Source: Alphaproteobacteria bacterium
Lineage (GTDB): Bacteria; Pseudomonadota; Alphaproteobacteria; MPNO01
Length of the DNA: 64,000 nt
Assembly: GCA_965248835.1 (NCBI GenBank)
Contig: CBDFLJ010000001.1
Coordinates: forward strand, 1,536,001-1,600,000
Direction of reading: 5' to 3'
Made by a program: the position numbers and the translations under genes. A model generated the notes under the pieces. The model was not told the DNA's origin, did not search any database, and saw only the letters and a list, made by a program, of their open reading frames with translations. Positions 58,268-64,000 of this stretch are shown one piece after another. The first letter of the stretch is position 1, and every line of letters begins with the position of its first letter.

Positions 58268-59023
58268 ATGAGCACCAGACTGGTCTTCCCCGACGACATC
58301 AGGCCCGATTTCGAGGGCTTCGGCGATGCCGCCTTTACCTTTCTGCGCGGCCTGGCGAGGAACAACGAGCGCGCCTGGTTCACCGCTCGCCGGGAGATCT
58401 ACGAGACCGAGGTCCGGTTTCCTCTGGAATGTCTGGTCGCCGAGTTCCGCCCCGACGGTGCCGGCAAGGGCCTGCCCGTGCGGGGCGATCCGGGCCGGGC
58501 GGTGTTCCGGATCCATCGCGACGTGCGGTTCTCCAGGAACAAGCAGCCCTACAAGACCCATGCCGGCGCCATCCTGTCGCGCGGCGGCGGGCGCGGCGAG
58601 GCCGGCATGGTCTACATCCACATCCAGCCCGGCAACTGCTTCGTCTCCGCCGGGTTCTGGCGGGCCGATCCGCCGATGCTGAACGCCTGGCGCCAGCGCA
58701 TGGTCGAGGCGCCCGAGGAATGGCTGGCGATCGTCGGCCCCTACGGCACGGTCCCCGGAGAGGCGCCCTACATGCGGGCGATCTCGACGCTCAAGACCAT
58801 GCCGCGGGGCTTCAAGGGAGACGCCCAGTCCCCGGTCGCGGACTACGTCAAGTGGAAGTCCTTCCTCCTGACCCGCCAGGTGCCCGACGCCGTGGCCAAG
58901 ACCTGCGACCTCGTCGGGGTCATCCGCGAGCACGCGCTCGCCGCCGTGCCGCTGCTCGAATATGGCTGGGAGGTCGCCGACATCCCCGCCGACGCCGATC
59001 CGCGCCGCCACATGCGCGCGTGA
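58268..59023 (+). CDS. DUF2461 / TIGR02453 family protein
   Basis: FLRGLARNNERAWF, FRIHRDVRFSRNKQPYKTH, YIHIQP, LKTMPRGF. Confidence 0.88.
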   Translation: MSTRLVFPDDIRPDFEGFGDAAFTFLRGLARNNERAWFTARREIYETEVRFPLECLVAEFRPDGAGKGLPVRGDPGRAVFRIHRDVRFSRNKQPYKTHAGAILSRGGGRGEAGMVYIHIQPGNCFVSAGFWRADPPMLNAWRQRMVEAPEEWLAIVGPYGTVPGEAPYMRAISTLKTMPRGFKGDAQSPVADYVKWKSFLLTRQVPDAVAKTCDLVGVIREHALAAVPLLEYGWEVADIPADADPRRHMRA

Positions 59024-59098
59024 GCCCGCGCTGCTTGCCGTCCGGATTGGCCCGGTGCACACTGCGGACCGACGAGAACGCCGCCGCAGGGACGGGTC

Positions 59099-59929
59099 AT
59101 GCCCAAGCGTCTGACCGAAGCACAGATCGAGACCGCACGGACCGGCGGCTATGCCTTTCCGGTTCCCGTGCTCTCGCCGGCCGAGGCGCGCGACTATCTC
59201 GACAGGTTCGAGGACTACGAGCGCGAGACCGGCACCAGCGCACCGCGCGACCTCAAGGTCAAGGCGCATCTGCTGTTCACCTGGATGTGGCGGCTCGGCA
59301 CGACACCGGCCCTGCTGGATGCGGTCGAGGACCTGATCGGGCCCGACATCATGCTGGTCACCTCCGCGGTGTGGGCGAAGAATGCCCGCGATCCGGCCTA
59401 CGTGACCTGGCATCAGGATTCGGCCTATTTCGGCTACGACCCGGTGGACGTGTGGAGTGCCTGGATCGGGCTGACCGAGGCGAGGATCGAGCATGGCTGC
59501 ATGCGCTACCTGCCGGGCAGCCATCTGAAGCCCGAGCGGCCCCATATCGAGACCTATGCCGCCGACAACCTGCTGCAGCGCGGCCAGTACATCCCCGATT
59601 TCGACGAGACCGGCGCGGTGGCCGCCGAGGTCGGTGTCGGCGAGGCGACGTTACACCATTTCCGGCTCGCCCACTCATCGGAGCCAAACACCTCCGACCA
59701 ACGCCGGATCGGCATCCTGTTCGTCTTCTGCCCGCCCTATGTGCGGTATTCGCTCGGGCGCTATCCGGCGCGGCTGGTGCGCGGTGTCGACAAGTACGGC
59801 CATTGGGACGAGGACCCGATCCCTGAGCGTGACATGGACCCGGCGGCGATCGCCCATTTCGAGGGCCTGCGCTCGGCCTACGAGGACCGGACGGTGCGGT
59901 CCGAGGCCGAACGCGCGGGCCTCGCCTGA
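59099..59929 (+). CDS. Phytanoyl-CoA dioxygenase (PhyH) family protein
   Basis: LDAVEDLIGPDI, VTWHQDS.Y, AWIGLT, GCMRYLPGSH, LAHSS.PN.S..RRIG. Confidence 0.9.
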   Translation: MPKRLTEAQIETARTGGYAFPVPVLSPAEARDYLDRFEDYERETGTSAPRDLKVKAHLLFTWMWRLGTTPALLDAVEDLIGPDIMLVTSAVWAKNARDPAYVTWHQDSAYFGYDPVDVWSAWIGLTEARIEHGCMRYLPGSHLKPERPHIETYAADNLLQRGQYIPDFDETGAVAAEVGVGEATLHHFRLAHSSEPNTSDQRRIGILFVFCPPYVRYSLGRYPARLVRGVDKYGHWDEDPIPERDMDPAAIAHFEGLRSAYEDRTVRSEAERAGLA

Positions 59930-59938
59930 GCGCCGCGC

Positions 59939-61366
59939 GTGGCCGCGCGCCCGCCCGATCTCAGGACCTTTCTCGCGGACAACGAGGCGGCGGTCTTCCG
60001 CCCGCCCGCGCCGGTCCGCGTCGTCGAGGAGATCACCGCCTTGCAGCACGCGCTCTATGGCGAGGGCGCGCAGCCGGTGGTGGTGATCGACCGGCCGCTG
60101 CGCGCGGACGGGACCGAAAGCGAGATCCCGGTCGTGTGCAACCTGACCGCGAGCCGGGCGCTATGCGCGGCGGCCCTTGGCATCGACGATCACCGGATGT
60201 GCGCCCGGGCGTTTGCCGAGATGGCCGCCGGTCACATCGAACCCGTCGTCGTCGTCCGCGATGCCGCACCGGTCCAGGCGGTCGTTGCCGAGGGCGATCA
60301 GGCCGATCTGACCGCGCTGCCCGCGCTGAAGCAGCACGGCGACGATGCCGGCCACTATATCACCGCCGGCCACGCGGTCACCGCCGATCCGGACAGCGGT
60401 ACCGACAACATGGGCATCCAGCGCTGCTGGGTGCGCGGACCCCGTCTGATGGCGATCTACCCGTACCCGACCTCGCACAACTGGCTCAACATCAAGAAGT
60501 ACTGGGACCGTGGCGAGCCCTGCCCGGTCGCGGTGTGGATCGGCCACCACCCCGCGGTGGTGATGGGCACCCAGGCCAAGATCGGCTATCCGGAGAGCCA
60601 TTGGGGTGCTGCCGGCGCTGCGCTCGGCGCGCCGGTCCGGCTGGTGGCTTCGATCAGCCACGGCGATCTGATCCGCGTGCCGGCCGACGCCGAGATCGTC
60701 ATCGAGGGGTTCATCCCGCCCGACCGGCTGGAGGCCGAAGGTCCGTTCGCCGAGTTCACCGGCTATCAGGGACCGCAGGTCGCCAACCCGGTGGTCGAGG
60801 TCACCGCGATCACCCGCCGCGCCGACGCGCTGTATCAGGATTGCGGCTCCGGGCTTGCCGATCACCTGATTCCCGACAACATGGCCATGGAAGGCGCGAT
60901 CTTCGCGATGTGCCGCAACGCTGCGCCGGCGTTGCGGACCGTCCATGTGCCGTTCTCCGGCCGCCGGTTCCATGCCTATCTGCAGTTCCGCGACCCGCGG
61001 CCGGGCGAGGTGCGCGATGCGCTGGTCGCCGCCCTGTCCTACCGCCGGCTGAAGGCGGTGATGGCCTTCGACGAGGACATCGACATCTTCGATGACCGCG
61101 CGGTGTTGTGGGCGTTGTCGACCCGGCTGCAGTGGGACCGCGACCTGATTCGCGTCGACGGGCTGACGGAGGCGAACCTCGACCCGTCGAGCCCGCCCGG
61201 CGCGCGCTCCACCACTAAGACCGCGCTCGATGCCACGCTGCCGCCGCCGCGCCGGCCCGGAGCGCCGCGCCCGATGGCTCCGGTCAACCGCGTCGGACAG
61301 ACGGCGCTCGCCGCCGCCCGCGCGCTGCTTGCCGGCGTCGACCCGAGCGCATGGCCGCGCGCCTGA
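59939..61366 (+). CDS. UbiD family (prFMN-dependent) decarboxylase 2
   Basis: DLRTFL, LP.L...DAGHYIT, NMGIQR, VPADAEIVIEG, EGPFAEFTGY, DEDIDIFD, LDPS, K.ALDAT. Confidence 0.9.
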   Translation: MAARPPDLRTFLADNEAAVFRPPAPVRVVEEITALQHALYGEGAQPVVVIDRPLRADGTESEIPVVCNLTASRALCAAALGIDDHRMCARAFAEMAAGHIEPVVVVRDAAPVQAVVAEGDQADLTALPALKQHGDDAGHYITAGHAVTADPDSGTDNMGIQRCWVRGPRLMAIYPYPTSHNWLNIKKYWDRGEPCPVAVWIGHHPAVVMGTQAKIGYPESHWGAAGAALGAPVRLVASISHGDLIRVPADAEIVIEGFIPPDRLEAEGPFAEFTGYQGPQVANPVVEVTAITRRADALYQDCGSGLADHLIPDNMAMEGAIFAMCRNAAPALRTVHVPFSGRRFHAYLQFRDPRPGEVRDALVAALSYRRLKAVMAFDEDIDIFDDRAVLWALSTRLQWDRDLIRVDGLTEANLDPSSPPGARSTTKTALDATLPPPRRPGAPRPMAPVNRVGQTALAAARALLAGVDPSAWPRA

Positions 61367-61368
61367 GC

Positions 61369-61533
61369 ATGGCCGAGAAGCAGGGAAACGCGGCTTTCGT
61401 CCGCTGCCCGTCGTGCCGGGAGTGGTTCGCTGCGGCAACGCCGCTGATCGACGCGGCCACGATCGCGCTCTGCTGTCCGGCCTGCGCCCACCGCTTCCTC
61501 CCCGAGGACGCCGCGGAGATCGACCGGCCGTGA
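61369..61533 (+). CDS. Small zinc-ribbon protein (54 aa; MJ0042-finger-like CxxC...CxxC)
   Basis: VRCPSCREWF...LCCPACAHRF; starts 2 bp after the ubiD stop and overlaps the MFS start (GTGA). Confidence 0.75.
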   Translation: MAEKQGNAAFVRCPSCREWFAAATPLIDAATIALCCPACAHRFLPEDAAEIDRP

Positions 61534-62756
61534 CCACGCGCTCCTGGCGGACACCCTTCGTGGTGCTGCTCTGCGGCACGCTGGTGATGGCGGTCACCTT
61601 CGGGGTCCGCATGACTTACGGGCTTTGGCTGGCGCCGGCGAGCGAAGGGCTCGGCTGGGGGATCGGGACGTTGTCGTTCGCGATGGCGATCCAGTCGCTG
61701 GTCTGGGGCATCGCGACCCCTCTGCTGGGCGCCATCGCCGACCGTTGGGGCACCGGCCGCGTGGTGGTCGGCGCCGGGCTCTCCTTCGCGTTGGGCCTTC
61801 TGGTCATGGCCAATGCGACGACGCGGCTCGAAGCGATCCTGGGGATCGGCGTCCTGACCGGGATCGCCATGGCCGGCTCGATGGCCCCGATCGTCCTGAC
61901 CGCGATCAGCCGGGTGGTCCATGACGAGAAGAAGCGCGGCATGTATGCCGGGATCGCCAGTGCCGGCGGATTCTCCGGCCAGATCGTGCTGGTGCCCCTG
62001 ACCCAATCGATCATGGATGCCTCCGATTGGACCACGACCCTGGTCGTGCTCGCCGGGGTTGCCGCCGTGATGGTGCCGCTGGCCGCGGGGCTGGTGACCG
62101 GGCGGCCTGAGTCCGCGTCGGCCGCAACCGGGCTGTCGTTCCGCGGCGCCCTGGGCGAGGCCTTCACCCATCGCGGCTACCTGCTGCTGAGCGCCGGCTA
62201 TTTCGTCTGCGGCTTCCAGACCCTGTTCATCGGGACGCATTTTCCGGTCATGCTGAGCCAGTATGACGTCTCGCCGGACATGGGCGCCTGGGCGATCGCA
62301 CTGATCGGCCTGTTCAACGTCATCGGCTGCCTGTTCTGGGGCGCGCTCGGCGGACGGCGGCGCAAGAAGTTTCTGCTGGCCTGGCTGTACATCCTGCGCT
62401 CGGTGGTGATGACGGTATTCATCCTGCTGCCGGTCAGCGATGCGAGCGTCGCCATCTTCGCCTCGGCCATCGGCCTGTTGTGGCTCGGCACCGTGCCGCT
62501 GACCGGCGGGTTGGTCGCTCAGATCTTCGGCGTCCGCTACATGGCGACGCTGTTCGGGTTTTCGTTCTTGGTCCATCAGCTCGGCAGCTTCATCGGGATT
62601 TGGGCCGGCGGCTGGTTGTTCGAAGTCACCGGCAGCTATCTCGTGATCTGGTGGGCCTCGATCGTGCTGGGTGTGCTCGCTGCGGCCTTCAACCTGCCGG
62701 TCGACGACCGCCCGGTCAAACGCACGGCGGCTGTGCCGGCAGGTTCGGCCGCCTGA
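61530..62756 (+). CDS. MFS transporter (YhjX/OFA-like)
   Basis: GAIADRWG, GYFVCGFQ, LLWLGTVPLT, TLFG..FL.HQLGSF.G.W.GG; GTG start at 61530. Confidence 0.9.
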   Translation: MTTRSWRTPFVVLLCGTLVMAVTFGVRMTYGLWLAPASEGLGWGIGTLSFAMAIQSLVWGIATPLLGAIADRWGTGRVVVGAGLSFALGLLVMANATTRLEAILGIGVLTGIAMAGSMAPIVLTAISRVVHDEKKRGMYAGIASAGGFSGQIVLVPLTQSIMDASDWTTTLVVLAGVAAVMVPLAAGLVTGRPESASAATGLSFRGALGEAFTHRGYLLLSAGYFVCGFQTLFIGTHFPVMLSQYDVSPDMGAWAIALIGLFNVIGCLFWGALGGRRRKKFLLAWLYILRSVVMTVFILLPVSDASVAIFASAIGLLWLGTVPLTGGLVAQIFGVRYMATLFGFSFLVHQLGSFIGIWAGGWLFEVTGSYLVIWWASIVLGVLAAAFNLPVDDRPVKRTAAVPAGSAA

Positions 62757-62911
62757 GCCCGGCGTTCTGGCTCGGCGGTGGGATCGACGATGCCGCCGGC
62801 TCCTATGACAGCTTCTGGTGGGTTGCCATCGTCATGGGCCTGTTCGCCGCCCTGATCCACTGGCCGATCGACGACAAGCCGCTGGCCCGCCGCGCGGAGC
62901 AGGCGCGCTGA
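62757..62911 (+). pseudogene. Orphan 3' fragment of a paralogous MFS transporter
   Basis: WLGGGIDDAAGSYDSFWWVAIVMGLFAALIHWPIDDKPLARR aligns to the C-terminus of the preceding MFS (WAGGWLFEVTGSYLVIWWASIVLGVLAAAFNLPVDDRPVKR); no start codon. Confidence 0.75.
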
Positions 62912-63047
62912 TGCTGCGCGACCGATCGTTGGCGCTTGTCCGCAACGCGGCCCGGCGCCGCACCGCCGGCCGATTGACAACGCTTGCGGACGGCCCCTGA
63001 ATCCGTCGCCGAGCCCAGACCGGGCCACGTTCAACAGGGAGCGCGCA

Positions 63048-63728
63048 ATGCCGAGCACCGACATCACCTACAAGACCCGCGACGGGGAGACGTTCGACGG
63101 CTATCTCGCCACGCCCGAGGCCGTCGGTCCGGCGCCGGGCATCCTGCTGATCACCGCGATCTTCGGCATCGACGACGAGATGAAGGCGCTGTCCGACGCC
63201 TGGGCCGCGGACGGGTTCATCGTCTCGGTGCCGGACATCTTCTGGCGGGTGATGCCGGGTCCGACCGCGGATATGGAAAAGGCCTTCGCACGCTACGGGG
63301 CGTTCGACCAGGACCAGGGCGTGCGCGACATCGAAGACCTGATCAAGGACCTCAAGGCGCGGCCGGGGTGCAACGGCAAGGTGGCGATGCTGGGGTTCTG
63401 CTTCGGCGGGCTCTATGCCCATCTCGGCGCGGCGCGGCTGGGCATCGATGCGGCGGGCTCCTTCCACGGCACCAAGATCGGCGAGTACGCCGAAGAGGCG
63501 GCCAAGGTCACCTGCCCGGTGAGCTTCCACTTCGGCGACGAGGACCCGGTGGTGCCGATGGACGAGGTCGAGGCGATCCGCAAGGCCTATTCGGGCCACG
63601 CCAATGCGGAGATCGTCGTCCATCCGGGTGCGACCCACAACTTCTCGATGCCATACAAGGACGGCTATCAGGAAGCTGCGGCCAAGGCCTCGCGCGAGGC
63701 CGTGCTGCGCTGCTTCAAGTCGATGTAG
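63048..63728 (+). CDS. Dienelactone hydrolase family protein
   Basis: FDGYLATP, IFG, PDIFWR, GFCFGG (nucleophile Cys), HFG.EDP.VP, GATHNF. Confidence 0.9.
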   Translation: MPSTDITYKTRDGETFDGYLATPEAVGPAPGILLITAIFGIDDEMKALSDAWAADGFIVSVPDIFWRVMPGPTADMEKAFARYGAFDQDQGVRDIEDLIKDLKARPGCNGKVAMLGFCFGGLYAHLGAARLGIDAAGSFHGTKIGEYAEEAAKVTCPVSFHFGDEDPVVPMDEVEAIRKAYSGHANAEIVVHPGATHNFSMPYKDGYQEAAAKASREAVLRCFKSM

Positions 63729-63734
63729 CCTGCG

Positions 63735-64000
63735 TCAACCGGCGTCCTGCAAGGTGCGGCCGGGGAGGGTCCAGCGCTGCTCGGCGGCGCTGTCGTCTTC
63801 CTTGGCCTCGACCCAGCGCTCGCCGTCCGGTGTGGCCTCGAGCTTCCAGAACGGCGCCTTGGTCTTCAGCCAGTCGATCAGGAAGTGGCAGGCATCGATC
63901 GCCGTCTCGCGGTGGGCGGCGGTGGTCGCGACCAGGACGATGCGCTCGCCCGGCTCCAGCCTCCCGTAGCGGTGGATGATCAGCACGTCGATCAGCTCCC
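63735..64000 (-). CDS. moaE: Molybdopterin synthase catalytic subunit (5' end off window)
   Basis: IIHRYGRLEPGERIVLV...AHR..A...C.FLIDWLKTKAPFWKLE. Confidence 0.92.
   Translation of the reverse strand, partial: ELIDVLIIHRYGRLEPGERIVLVATTAAHRETAIDACHFLIDWLKTKAPFWKLEATPDGERWVEAKEDDSAAEQRWTLPGRTLQDAG

Noticed and set aside
59099-59929. SyrB2-type 2OG-dependent halogenase
   Set aside because: Has HQD with the carboxylate ligand intact, not HxA/G
1-64000. CRISPR arrays, tRNA/rRNA genes, riboswitches, prophage or defence systems
   Set aside because: No regularly spaced repeats, cloverleaf motifs, integrase, phage or defence domains recognised by eye; an Infernal/tRNAscan run is needed to exclude small RNAs

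Overview
High-GC, gene-dense bacterial DNA, most likely an alphaproteobacterium (Rhodospirillales-like gene set and codon usage; inferred, not verified). About 60 CDS, dominated by catabolic and transport functions. Oxygenases and hydroxylases: two Rieske oxygenase alpha subunits, a xanthine-dehydrogenase-family Mo-hydroxylase, several 2OG-Fe(II) enzymes and a flavin monooxygenase. Other catabolic enzymes: two UbiD/prFMN decarboxylases, a hydantoinase/oxoprolinase pair, ComDE-like TPP decarboxylase subunits and valine catabolism genes. Transporters: TRAP, TAXI, TTT, ABC and MFS. Housekeeping genes include pyrF, phoX, an M17 aminopeptidase and moaE. Mobile or decayed DNA: one intact IS5-family element (46993-48282, AGCT target duplication), an IS110-family remnant that keeps its structured 3' non-coding end, a frameshifted outer-membrane-protein fragment beside a small surface-glycan islet, and an orphan MFS 3' fragment. 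Best candidates for undescribed systems: (1) a membrane-anchored LytTR regulator divergent from a DUF2141 + Tat-signal carotenoid-cleavage-oxygenase operon, with a perfect 9-bp/12-bp-spacer direct repeat between them; (2) a PhyH-UbiD-small zinc-ribbon-MFS cassette; (3) a triple-Rid-domain protein and a signal-peptide-less binding-protein homologue inside a probable N-heterocycle catabolic cluster. No rRNA, tRNA or CRISPR array was recognised. All product calls come from motif recognition by eye; no database searches were run.
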